From the NCBI RefSeq assembly GCF_009914755.1, contig NC_060938.1: a stretch of DNA of 64,000 nt. One strand, written 5' to 3'. The translations under genes were made by a program, and so were the position numbers. Positions 1-15,400 of this stretch are shown piece by piece. Positions within the stretch are counted from its first letter, which is position 1, and each line of letters starts with the position of its first letter. This DNA is from the human T2T-CHM13v2.0 reference genome, Homo sapiens. Under the pieces are notes generated by a model, which saw only the letters and a program-made list of their open reading frames with translations, was not told the origin of the DNA and did not search any database.

Positions 1-3000
1 GGAATGGAATGGAATGGAAAGGAACGGAGTGGAATGGACTAGAATGGAATGGAATGGAATGAAATCAACCCGATTGGAATGGAATGGAATGCAATGGAAT
101 GGAATGGAATCAACTGGAAAGGAATCAAATGGAACGGAATGGAATAGAATGGAGTTGATTGGAATGGAATGGAATGGATTCAACCCGAGTGGAATGGAAT
201 GGAATAGAATGGAATAAACAAGAGTGGAATGGAATGGAATGGAATAGAATGGAATGGAATGGAATGGAATAGAATGTAGTCAATTCGAGTGCAATGTAAT
301 GGTATAGAATGGAATGGAATGGAATGGAATCAACCAGAGTGGAATGGAATGGAAAGGAATGGAATGGAATGGAATGGAATGGAACGGAATGGAATGGAAA
401 GGAATGGAATGGAATGGAATGTAACGGCATGGAATGGAAGGGAATGGAATGGAATGGAATGGAATGGAATGGAATGGAATGCAACGGCATGCAATGGAAT
501 GGAATGGAGTGGATTCAACCCGAGTGGAATGGAGTGGATTGGACTGTAACGGCATGGAATGGAATGGAATGGAGTGGAATAAACACGAGTGGAATGGAAT
601 GGAATGGAATGGACTGGAATCAACACGAGTGCAATGGAATGGAATGGAATGGAATGGAATAAACACGAGTGGAATGGAATGGAATGGAATGGAATTGAAT
701 GGAAAGGAATGGAAGAGAATGGAATGTAATCAACTCGAGTGGAAAGGAATGGAATGGAAAGGAATGGAATGGAATGGAAAGGAATGTAATGCAATGGAAT
801 GCAGTGTTATGGAATGGAATCAACCCGAGTGGAATGCAGTGGAATGGAATGGAATGGAATGGAATGGAATGGAATGGAATGGACAGGAATGGAATGGAAT
901 GGAATGGACAGGAATGGAATGGAATGGAATGGAATGGAATGGAATGGAATGGAATGGAATGGAATGGACAGGAATGGAATGGAATGGAATGGAGTGGAAT
1001 GGAATGGAGTGGAATGGACTAGAATGGAATGGAATGGAATGAAATCAACCCAATTGGAATGGAATGGAATGCAATGCAATGGAATGGAATCAACTGGAAA
1101 GGAATCGAATGGAACGGAATGGAATGGAATGGAATGGAATGGAATGGAATGGAATAGAATCAACCCCAGTGGAATGGAATGGAATGGATTATAATGGAAT
1201 GGAATGGAATCAATCCGGGTGGAATGGAATGGAATGGAATGGAATGGATTGGAATTCAATGTAATGGAAAGAAACCGAGTGGAATGTAATGGAATGGAAA
1301 GGACTGGAATGTAATGGAATGGATTGGAATCAACCCGATTCCAATGCAACGGAATGGAATGGAATGGAATGGAATGGAAGGGAATGGAATGGAATGGAAA
1401 GGAATGGAATGAACTGGAATGGAATGGAATGGAATGGAATTTAATGGAATGGAATGGAATCAACCCGAGTGGAGTGGAATGGAATGGAATGGAAATGAAT
1501 GGAATAGAATGGAATGGAATGGAACGGAACGGAATGGAAAGAACCCGAGTGGAATCGAATAGAATGGAATGGAATGGAATAGAATGGAATGGAATGGAAC
1601 GGACGGAATGGAACGAACCCGAGTGGAATGGATTGGAGTGGAATGGAATGGAAAGGAACGGAATGGAATGGAATGGAATGGAATCAACCCGAGTGGAATG
1701 GAATGGAATGGAATCAAACTGAGTGGAATGGAAGGGAATGGAATGCAATGGAATGTAATGGAGTGGAAGGCATTTGAATCAACTGGAATGGAATGGAATG
1801 GAATGGAATGGAATGGAACGGAATGGAATGGAATCAACCCCAGTGGAATGTAATGGATGGGAATGGATCATAATGGAATAGAATGGAATAAATCCGGGTG
1901 GAATGGAATGGAATGGAATGGATTATAGTTGAATGGAATGGAATTAATCCTTTTGGAATGGAGTGGAATGGAATGGAATAGAATGGAAAGGAATTCAATG
2001 TAATGGAAACAAACCGAGTGGAATGTGATGGAATGGAAAGGACTGGAATCTAATGAAATGTATTGGAATCAACCCGATTCCAATGCAACGGAATGGAATG
2101 GAATGGAATGCAATGGAAGGGAATGGAATGGAAAGGAACGGAATGAACTGGAATTGAATGGAATGGAATGGAATTTAATGGAATGGAATGGAATGGAATG
2201 GAATCAACCCGAGTGGAGTAGAATGGAATGCAATGGAAATGAATGGAATAGAATGGAATGGAATGGAATGAAATAGAATGGAATGGAATGGAATGGAATG
2301 GAATGGAATCAACCCGAGTGGAGTAGAATGGAATGCAATGGAAATGAATGGAATAGAATGGAATGGAATGGAACGGAACGGAATGGATTGAACCCGAGTG
2401 GAATGGAATGGAATACAATGGAATGGAAAGGCAGGAAATGGAATGGAATGGAATGGAATGGAATGGAATCAACCCGAGTGGAATGGAATGGAATGGAATC
2501 AAACTGAGAGGAATGGAATGGAATGGAATGGAATGGAATGGAATGGAATGGAATGGAATGGAAGGCATTAGAATCACCTGGAATGGAATGGAATGGAATG
2601 GAATGGAATGGAATGGAATCAACCCGAGTGGAATGGAGTGGAATGGAATCAAACTGAGTGGAATGGAATGGAATGGAATGGAATGGATTGGAATGGAATG
2701 GAATCAACCACAGTGGAATGGATGGAATGGAATGGATTATAATAGAATGGAATGGAATCAATCCGGGTGGAATGGAATGGAATGGAATGGAATCAACTCG
2801 AGTGGAATGAAATGTAACGTAATGGAATGGAAAGGAATGGAATGGAATGGAATGGAATGGAATGGAATCAACCCCAGTGGAATGGAATGGATGGGAATGG
2901 ATTATAACGGAATGGAATGGAATCAATCCGGGTGGAACGGAATGGAATGGAATGGATTATAGTTGAATGGAATGGAATCAATCCTTGTGGAATGGAGTGG

Positions 3001-6000
3001 AATGGAATGGAATAGAATGGAAAGGAATTCAATGTAATGGAAACAAACCGAGTGGAATGTAATGGAATGGAAAGGACTGGAATCTAATGAAATGTATTGG
3101 AATCAACCCGATTCCAATGCAATGGAATGGAATGGAATGGAATGCAATGGAAGGGAATGGAATGGAATGGAAAGGAACGGAATGAACTGGAATTGAATGG
3201 AATGGAATGGAATTTAATGGAATGGAATGGAATGGAATGGAATGGAATCAACCCGAGTGAAGTGGAATGGAATGCAATGGAAATGAATGGAATAGAATGG
3301 AATGGAATGGAATGACATGGAATGGAATGGAATGGAATGGAATGGAATGACATGGAATGGAATGGAATGGAATGGAATGGAATCAACCGGAGTGGAGTGG
3401 AATGGAATGCAATGGAAATGAATGGAATAGAATGGAATGGAATGGAACGGAACGGATTGGAATGAACCCGAGTGGAATGGAATGGAATACAATGGAATGG
3501 AAAGGCACGAAATGGAATGGAATGGAATGGAATGGAATGGAATGGAATGGAATGGAATGGAATCAACCCGAGTGGAATGGAATGGAATGGAATCAAACTG
3601 AGAGGAATGGAATGGAATGGAATGGAATGGAGTGGAAGGCATTAGAATCACCTGGAATGGAATGGAATGGAATGGAATGGAATGGAATGGAATGGAATGG
3701 AATCAACCCGAGTGGAATGGAATGGAATGGAATCAAACTGAGTGGAATGGAATGGAATGGAATGGAATGGAATGGAATGGAATGGAATCAACCACAGTGG
3801 AATGGAATGGAATGGAATGGATTATAATAGAATGGAATGGAATCAATCCGGGTGGAATGGAATGGAATGGAATGGAATCAACTCGAGTGGAATGAAATGT
3901 AACGTAATGGAATGGAATGGAATGGAATGGAATGGAATGGAATGGAATGGAATGGGATGGAATACAATGGAATCAATTCGAGTGCCATGTAATGGTATAG
4001 AATGGAATGGAATGGAATGGAATGGAATGGAATGGAATGGAATGGAATGGAATATATTGGAATGGAATGCAACGGAATCAACTGGAATGGAATGTAATGG
4101 AATGGAACGGAATGGAATCAACCTGAGTGGAATGGAATGGAATGGAAACTAATGGCATGGAATGGAAACAACCTGAATGGAATGGATTGCAATGGAATAG
4201 AATGGAATGGAATGGAATGGAATGGAATGGAATTCAACGGAATGGAAACAACCCGAGTGAAATGGCATGGAATGGAACGGACTTGAAGGTAATGGAATGG
4301 ATTGTAATCAACCCGATTAGAAAGCAATGGAACGGAATGGAACGGAATGGAAAGGAATGGAATGGAATGGAATGGAAGGGAAGGGAATGGAATGGAAGGG
4401 AAAGGAATGGAATGGAATGGAATCAACCCGAGTGGAATGGAATGGAATGGAATGGAATCAAACTGAGTGGAATGGAATGGAATGGAATGGAATTTAATGT
4501 AATGGAGTGGAAGGCATTAGAATCACCTGGAATGGAATGGAATGGAATGGAATGGAATCAACCACAGTGGAATGGAATGGAATGGAATGGATTATAATAG
4601 AATGGAATGGAATCAATCTGGGTGGAATGGAATGGAATGGAATGGAATCAACTCGAGTGGAATGAAATGTAACGTAATGGAATGGAATGGAATGGAATGG
4701 AATGGAATGGAATACAATGGAATCAATTCGAGTGCCATGTAATGGTATAGAATGGAAAGGAATGGAATGGAATGGAATGGAATGTAATAGAATGGAATAA
4801 TCCAGAGTGGAAAGGAATGGAAAGGAATGGAATGGAATGGAATGGAATGGATTGGAATGGAATGGAATGAAACGGAATGGAATCAACCTGAGTGGAATGG
4901 AATGGAATGGAATGGAAACTAATGAAATGGAATGGAAACAACCTGAATGGAATGGATTGCAATGGAATAGAATGGAATGGAATGGAATGGAATGGAATGG
5001 AATGGAATGGAATGGAATTCAACAGAATGGAAACAACCCGAATGAAATGGCATGGAATGGGAAGGACTTGAATGTAATGGAATGGAACGGAATGGAATTA
5101 ACCCGATTAGAAAGCAATGGAATGGAATGGAATGGAATGGAATGGAATGGAATGGAAGGGAATGGAATGGAAGGGAAAGGATTGGAATGGAATGGAATGG
5201 AATGGAAGGGAATGGAATGGAATCGAATCAACTGGAATGGAATGGAATGGAAGCAACAAAAAGTGGCATGGAATGGAATGGATTGGAATGGAATGGAATG
5301 GATTGGAATGGAATGGAATCAACTGGAATGCTATGGAATGAAATCAACCCGAGTGGAATGGAATGGAATGGAATGGAATGGAATGGAATGGAATGGAATC
5401 AACTGGAATGGAATGAAATGGAATGGAATGGATTGGAATGGAATGGAATGGAATGGAATGGAATGGAATGGAATCAACCCGAGTGGAATGCAATGGAATG
5501 GGATGGAATGTAATTGAATGGAATGGAATGGAATTAACCCGAGTGGAATGGAATGGAAAGGAATGGAATGGAATGGAATGGAATGGAGCGGAATGGAATT
5601 GAATGGAATCAACACGAGTGGAATGGAATGAATGCAATGGAATGGAATAGAATGTAATGGAACGGAATAGAATGGAATCAACCCGAGTGGAAGGGAATGG
5701 AATTGAATGGAAAGGAATGGACTGGAATCCACCCATGTGGAATGGAATGGAATGGAATGGTATGGAATGGAATGGAATGTAGTAGAATGGAAAGGAATGG
5801 AATGGAATGGAATGGAGTAGAATGGAAAGGAATGGAATGGAATGGAATGGAATGCAATTTAATTAAATGGAATGGAATCAACCAGAGTGGAATGGACTGG
5901 AATGGATTGGAATGGAAAGGAATGGAGTGGAATCAACCCGAGTGAAATGGAATGGAATGGGATGGAATGGAATGGAATGGAATGGACTGGAATCAACCCG

Positions 6001-9000
6001 AGTGGAATGGAATGGAATGGAATGGATTCAACCTGAGTGGAATGGAATGGAATGGAATCAACCCAAGTGGAATGGACTGGAATGGAATGGAATACAATGG
6101 AATGGAATGGAATGGAATGGAATGGAATGGAATGGAATGGAATCAGCTGCAGTGGAATGGAATGGAATGGGATGGAATGGAATGGACAGGAATAGAGTGG
6201 AATGGAATATAATGGAGTGGAATCAACACGAGTGGAATGGAATGGAATCAAATGGAATGGAATGGAAGGAAAGGAATGCAATGGAATGGAATCAACCTCA
6301 GTGGAATAGAAAGGAATGTAATGGAATGGAATGGAATGGAATGGAATGGAATGGAATGGAATGGAATGGAATGGAATGGAATGGGTTGGAATGGGTTGGA
6401 ATGGGATGGAATCAACCCGAGTGGAACGGATTGGAATGGAGTGGAATGGAATGGAACGACATCGAATGCAATTGAATCAAGGAGAATGGAATGGAATGGA
6501 ATGGATTGGAATGGAATCGAACGGAATCAACCTGAGTGGAATGGAATGGAATGGAATGGAATGAATGGAAAAGAATGGAATGGAAACTAATGGAATGGAA
6601 AGGAAAGGAAACAACCCGAGTGGAACGGAATGCAATGGAATGTAATGGAATGGAATGGAATTCAATGTAATGGAAACAAACCGAGTGGAATGTAATGGAA
6701 TGGAAAGGACTGGAATGTAATGGAATGGATTGGAATCAACCCGATTCCAATGCAATGGAATGGAATGGAATGGAAGGGAAGGGAATGGAATGGAATGGAA
6801 AGGAATGGAATGAACTGGAATGGAATGGAATGGAATGGAATGGAATTTAATGGAATTGAATGGAATGGAATCAACCCGAGTGGAGTGGAATGGAATGGAA
6901 TGGAAATGAATGTAATGGAATGTAATGGAATGGAAACTAATGGAATGGAATGGAAACAACCCGAGTGGAATGGAATGGAATGGAATGGACTGGAATCAAC
7001 CCGAGTGCAATGGAATGGAATAGAATGGAATCGAATGGAATGGAATGAAATAAACACGAGTGGAATGGAATTTAATGGAATGGAATGGAATGGAATGGAA
7101 CGGAATGGAATGGAATCAACCAGAGGGGAATGGAATGGAATGGAATGGAATGGAATGGAATGGAATGTAACGGCATGCAATGGAATGGAATAGAGTGGAT
7201 TCAACCCGAGTGGAATGCAGTGGATTGGACTGTAACGGCATGGAATCGAATGGAATGGAGTGGAATAAACACGAGTAGAATGGAATGGAATGGAATGGAC
7301 TGGAATCAACCCGAGTGCAATGGAATGGAATAGAATGGAATGGAATGGAATGGAATGAAATAAACACGAGTGGAATGGATTTTAATGGAATGGAATGGAA
7401 CGGAATGGAATGGAATGGAATGGAATGGAATGGAATGGAATCAACCAGAGGGGAATAGAATGGAATGGAATGGAATGGAATGGAATGGAATGGAATGGAA
7501 TGGAATGCAATTGAATAAACTGGAATGTAATGCAATGGAATGGAATGGGATGGAACGGAATCAACCTGAGTGGAAAGGAATGTAATGGAATGGAATGGAA
7601 ACTAATGGAAAGGAATGGAAACATTCCGAGTGGAATGGAATGCAATGGAATGGAATGGAATGGAATGGAAATGAACCGAGTGGAGTGGAATGGAATAGAA
7701 TGGACTGGAATGGAAAGGAATGGATTGGAATAAACCCGATTCCAGTGCAATGGAATGGAATGGAATGGAATTGAATGGAATGGAAGGGAATGGAATGGAA
7801 TGGAATGGAATAAAATCAACTGGAATGGAATGCAATGGAAAGGAATTTAATGGAATGGAAAAGAACAGAATGGAATGGAATGGAATCAACCCGAGTGGAG
7901 TAGAATGGAATGGAATGGAGTGGAATGGAATGGAGTGGAATTGAATGGAATAGAATGGAATCAAACTGAGTGGAATGGAAATGAAAGGAATTGAAAGGAA
8001 TGGAATGGAATGGAATGGAATGGAATGGAATGGAATGGAATGGAATGGAATTGAATGGAATCAACCCGAGTGCAATGGAATTGTATGGAATGGAATGGAA
8101 TGGAATGGAATGGAATGGAATGGAATGGAATAGCATTGAATGGAATCAACACGAGTGGAATGGAATGGAATGGAATTGAATTCAATGGAATGGAATAAAC
8201 CCGAATGGAATGGAATGGAAATGAATGAAGTTGATTGGACTCAACCCGAGTCGAATGGAATGGAACAGAATGCAACGGAACGGAATGGAATGGAATCAAA
8301 CCGAATGAAATGGAATAGAATGTAATGGAATGGAATGGAATGGAATGGAATGGAATCAACCCGAGTGGAATGCAATGGAATGAGATGGATTGGAAAGGAA
8401 TGGAACGGAATTGAATGGAATGGAAAAGAATGGAATGGAGTGGAATCAACCCGAGTGGAATGGAATGGAATGGAATGGAAAGGAATGGAATGGAATGGAA
8501 TGCTATGGAATCAACCCTAGTGGAATGGTATGGAATATTATGGAATGTTATGGAATGGTATGGAATGGTATGGAATGGAATGGAATGGAATGGAATGGAA
8601 TGGAATAAAATGGAATGGAATGGAATGGAATCAACCCGAGTGGAATGGAATGGAAAGGAATGCAATGGAATGGAATCGAACTGAATAGAATGGAATGAAA
8701 TGGAATCAACTGGAATGGAATGGAATGGAATGGAATGGAATGGAATGGAACAGAATGAACCTGAGTGGAATGGAATGGAATGGAGTGGAAACAAATGGAA
8801 TGGAATGGAAACAACCCAAGAGGAATGGAATGCAATGGAATGGAATGGTATGGAATGGAATGGAATTCAACAGAATGTAATAAACCCGAGTGGAATGGAA
8901 TGGAATAGAATGGACTGGAATGGAATGGAATGGATTGGAAAGAACCCGAGTAGAATGCAATGGAATGGAAAGGAATGGAATGGAATGGAATGGAATGGAA

Positions 9001-9445
9001 TCAACTCGAGTGGAATGGAATGGAATGGAAGGGAATTGATTGGAATGGTAACTACCTAGTGGAATGGAATGGATTCGAATGGTATGGAATCAATCCCAGT
9101 GGAATGGAATGCAATGGAATGGAATTGAATGGAATAGAATGGAATGGAATGGAATAGAATGAAATCAACCTGAGTGGAATGGAGTGATATAGAACGGAAT
9201 GCAATGGAATGGAATGGAATCAACCCGAGTGGAATGGAATGGAATGGAATGGGTCGGAATGGAATGAACTAGAATGCAATGGAATGGAATGGAATGGAAT
9301 GGAATCAACTGGAATGGAAGGTAATGGAATGAAATAAAATGGAATGGATTCAACCTGAGCGGAATGGAATGCAATGAAATGGAATGGAATTGAATGAAAT
9401 GGAATGGATTGGAAAAAACCCGAGTGGAATGGAATGGAAAGGAAT
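1..9445 (+). repeat. Human satellite 3 (HSat3/SatIII), (GGAAT)n with CAACCCGAGT interruptions; open at window start
   Basis: Continuous diverged GGAAT pentamers with the classical SatIII decamer CAACCCGAGT and variants every ~50-150 bp; lacks the CATTCGATTC pattern of HSat2. Confidence 0.97.
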
Positions 9446-12400
9446 GAAATATCAAAGTACAGAAACATATATTATATACTGTACATAAAATATCACAGCA
9501 CCCAAACATATGTTATATACTGTAAATAAAATATCAAACAACAAAAAAATATATACTGTACATAAAATATCAAAGTACCCAAACTATATATTATGTACTG
9601 TACATAAAATAGTAAACTATGCAAACTATATATTATATACTGTACATAAAATATCAAGTACCCAAACTACATATTCTATAAAGCACATAAAATATCAAGA
9701 AACCAAGCTATATATTATATAATGTACATAAAATATCAAAGTACCCAAACTATATATTATATGCTGCACATAAATTATGAAAGCCCACCAAATATATATT
9801 ATATGCTGTATATAAAATATCAAAGTACAACAAATATATATTATATACTGTACATAAAATATCAAAGTACCCAATATATATATTATATATTCTACAAAAA
9901 ATATGAAAGTACCCAAAATATTTATTAAATTCTGTAGATATAATATCAAAGTACCAAAACTATATATTATATACAGTACATAAAATATCAAAGTACCCGA
10001 ACACTATATTATATAGTGTACATAAAATATCAAAGTACAAAAATATATATGGTATACTGTAAAAAAATATCAAAGTTCAAAAATATATCTTCTATACTGT
10101 ATATAAAATATCAAAGTACACCAAATATATATTCTATATTGTACATAATGTATCAAAGTACCCAAACTATATGTTATATACTGTACATAAAATATCAAAG
10201 TAGTGAAACAATATACTATATAATGTGAATAAAATATAAAAGTACCCAAACCGTACATTATATACTGTATATAAAATATCAAATAACCCAAACTTTATAT
10301 TATATACTATACAAAAAATATTAATTTACCCATACTGTATATTACATTCTGCACATATAATATCAAAGTACACAAACTGTATATTATATAATGCACATAA
10401 AATATCAAAGTACACAAACTATATATTATATATTGTACATAAAATATCAAAGTACCCAAACTATATATTGTATACTGTACATAAAGTATGAAAGTACCCA
10501 AACTATATATTTTATACTGTATATAAAATATCAAAGTACACAAACTATATATTATATACTGTACATAAAATATCAAAGTACACAAACTGTATATACTATA
10601 CTGTACATAAAATATGAAAATACACCAAATATATATTCTATACTGTACATAAAAAATCAAAGTACACCTAATATCTATTCTATACCGTACATAAAATATG
10701 AAAGTACACCAAATATATATTCTATACTGTACACAAAATATGAAAGTACACCAAATATAAATTCTATACTGTACTTAAAATAGGAAATTACACCAAATAT
10801 ATATTTTATGCTGTACATAAAATATCAAAGTACACCAAATATATTTTCTATAGTGTTCATAAAATATCAAAATAGCCAAAATATATATTATATACCGAAC
10901 ATAAATTATCAAACTTCACAAACTATATATTATAAACTCTACATAAAATATCAAGGAACACAAACTATTTATTATATACTGAACATAAAATTTCAAAGTA
11001 CAAATCAATATATTATGTACTGTGCATAAAATATCAAAATACACAAACGATATACTATATACTTTACATAAAATATCAAAGTACCCAAACTATATAGTCT
11101 ATACTGTAAATAAAATCGCTAAGTACACCAAATATATATTCTTTTCCCTATATAAAATATCAAATTTTACGAAATATATATTGTATACTGTACATAAAAT
11201 ATAAATTTACACCAAATATATATTGTATACGTATATAAAATATCAAAGTACAGTAAATATATATTATATACCGTACATAAAATATCAAAGTACACCAAAT
11301 ATATATTCTATACTGTACATAAAATATCAAAGTAACAAAAGTATATATTATATAATTTGCATAAAATATCAAAGTACCCATATTATATATTATATACTGT
11401 ACATAAAATATCAAATTAACAAAGGTATATATTATATACTGTATATAAAATATCAAAGTACCCAAAGTACGTATGATGTACTGTACATAAAATATCAAGT
11501 TACCAAAAATATATATCATTTACTGTACCTAAAATATCAATGTACCCAAAGTTTATATTATGTACTGTACAAAAAATATCCAAGTACCCATACTATATAG
11601 TATATTCTGTACATAAAATATGAAAGTACACAAACTATATATTATAAAATGTACACAAAATATCAACGTACAAAAAACATATATACTGTACATAAAATAT
11701 CAAAGTACCGAAACTATATATTATATACTGTATATAAAATATCACAGTACCCAAACTATATATTAAATACTGTATATAAAATATCAAAGTACCCAAACTA
11801 TATATTATATACTGTACTTAAAATATCAAAGTACCGAAATTACGTATTACATACTGAACAAAAAATACCAAAGTATTCAAACTATATATTATATACCGGA
11901 CATAAAACGTCAAACTACCCAAACTATATATTATATACCGTACATAAAATATCAAAGTACCCAAAATATATATTATATACCATACATAAAATATCAAAGT
12001 ACCCAAACTATATATTATACACTGTACATAAAATATCCAATTACCCAAAATATATATTTTGCACTGTACATAAAACATCAAAGTAGACCAAATATATATT
12101 ATGTACTGAAAATAAAATATCAAAGTACATAAAACGTATATTATATACTGTACATAAAATATCAAAGTACATCAAGTGTATATATACACTGTAGATAATG
12201 TATCAAAGAACCCAAATTATATATTAAATACTGTACATAAAATATCAAATTACGCAAAGTATATATTAAATACTGTACGTAAAATATAAAAGTACCAAAA
12301 TAATAAATTATATACACTGCTTAAAATATGTAAGTAAACCAAATATATATTATATACTGTACATAAAATATCAAAGTACACGAAATGTATATAATATACT

Positions 12401-15400
12401 GTACATAAAATATCAAAGTACACCAAATATATATTATATACTGTACACAAAATATCAAAATACACCTATTATATATTATACACTCTACATGAAATGTCTA
12501 AGTACAGCAAATATATATTTTATACTGTACATAAAATACCAAACTGCCCGAAATATATATGATATACTGTACGTAATATATCAAGGTACAAAAACTATAT
12601 ATTATACACTGTACATAAAATATCAATGTACACAAAGTATATATTCCATACTGTACCTAAAATAATAAAGTACCCAAAATATATATTTTATAGTGTTCAT
12701 AAAATATCAAAGTACACAAAATATATATTATACTCCGTACTTAAAATATTAAACTACATAAACTATATGTGATATACTGTACATAAAATATCAAATTACA
12801 CAAACTATATATTATATACTGTACATAAAATATCAAATTACACAAAGTATATATTGTATACTGTACATAAGATATTAAAGTACAAAAAATATATATTATA
12901 TGCTGTACAGAAAATATCAAATTTCCCATATATATATTATATACGGTACATAAAATATCAAAGTACCCAAACAATATATTATATACTATACATAAAATAT
13001 CAAAGTACACCAAATATATATTATAGGCTGTACATAAAACATCAAATTACACCAAATATGTATTACATGCTGTACATAAAATATCAAAGTACTCAAAATA
13101 TATATTGTATACTGTACAAAAAAAATCAAAGTACCCAAAATGTGTATTATATACTGTACATCAAATATGAAAGTAACCAAAGTATATATTACATACTGTA
13201 CATCAAAAATCAAGGTACATATACTATATATTATATACTGTACATAAAATATCAAAGTACCAAAACTATAAATTATATAATGTACATTAAATATCAAAGT
13301 AATCAAACTATATATCATATACTGTACCTAAAATATCAAAGTACACAAAATATATACTCTATACTCTACATAAAATATCAAAGTACACAAACTATATATT
13401 ATATCATGTACATAATATGTCAAAGTAGACAAACTATGTATTATATACTGTACATAAAATATCAAAGTACACCAAGTATATATTATATACAACACAAAAA
13501 ATATAAAAGTACCCAAAGTATATATTATATACTGTACATAAAATATCAAAGTACAAAAACTATAAATTATATACTGTACATAAAATTTTAAGTACACCAA
13601 ATATATATAATATAGTATACCTAAAATATCAAAGTACCCAAACTATATATTTTATACTGTACATAAAATACCAAAGTACCCAAACTATATATTATATACT
13701 GTACATAAAATATCAAAGTACACCAAAAACATATTATGTACTATACATAAAATATCAAAGAAAACCAAATATATATTATAAGCTGTACATAAAATATCAA
13801 AGAACCCAATCTATATATAATATAATTTACGTAAAATATCAAAGTAACCAACTATATGTTATATACTGTACATAAAATACGAAAGTACCGAAACTATATA
13901 TTATATACTGTATATTAAGTATCAAATACGCAAAACATATATTATACACTGTATATAAAATATCAAAGTAACCTAAATATATATTATATACTATACATAT
14001 ATCAAAGTACCCCAAATATATATTATAAGCTGTACATAAAATATCAGAGTACACCAAATATATACTCTATACTGTACATAAAATATGAAAGTACACCAAA
14101 TATAGATTATACACTATACCAAAAATATCAAAGTACACCAATATATATTACAAAATGCAAATAAATTATCAATGAACACCAATTATATCGTATATACTCT
14201 ACATGAAATAACCAAATACAGCAAATATTAATTAAACAGTGTACATAAAATATAAAAGTACGCCAAATATATATTATATACTGTACATAAAATATCATAT
14301 ACCCAAAGATATATTATATACTGTACATAAAATATCAAAGTACCGAAAACACATATTTTATACTATACATAAAATATCACAGTACAACAAATATATATTA
14401 TATACCGTACATAAAATATGAAAGAACACGTAATATATATTATATACTGTACATAAAAAATGAAAGTTCATGAAATGTGTTATATACTGTACATCAAATA
14501 TGAAAGTACACCAAATATATATTATACACTGTACCTAAAAGCAAAATACACCGAATATATATTATATACTGTACATAAAATATCAAAATACACCAATTAT
14601 ATATTATACACTATACAGAAAATATCAACGTACACCAAATACATATTATATACAGTACATAAAATATCAAAGTACACCAAATATATATAATATATTGTAC
14701 ATAAAATGTCAAAGTACACAAAATATATATTTTATACTGTACATAAAAATAGAAAGTACACCAAATATGTATTATATACTGTATATAAAATATCAAAGTA
14801 CACCAAATATATATAATATACTGTACATAAAATACCAAAGTAAACCCAATACATATTTTATGCTGTACATAAAATATGAAAGTACACAAAATATATATTA
14901 TATACAGTATATAAAGTATTAACGTCCACCAAAAACATATTATGTACTGTACATAAAATTAAATACACCAAATACATTTTATATACTAGACCTAAAGTAT
15001 CAAAAATTACTCTAGATATATATTATGTATTTTACGTAAAATAACAAATATTACACCAAATATATATTACATTCTGCCCAAAAAATACCAAAAATTACAC
15101 CAAAGACATACTATATACTGCACATAAAATATCAAATAGTACACCAAATACATATAACGTACTGTACGTAAAATATCAAAAAGTTCACCAAATACATATT
15201 ATGTACTGTATATAAAATATCAAAGAACACAAAATATATATCATATAGTGTAAATAAAAAATCAAGTTACACAATACATATATTATATACTTTAGATAAA
15301 ATATCAAATTACTCAAAATACATATTATGTACTGTACATAAAATATCAAAGTAAGGTAAAAACATATTATATACTGTGTACAAATATCAAAGTACACCGA

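Noticed and set aside
1-9450. Many ORFs encoding (MEWNG)n / (IPFHS)n, up to 313 aa
   Set aside because: Automatic result of translating a stop-free GGAAT pentamer; no coding signal.
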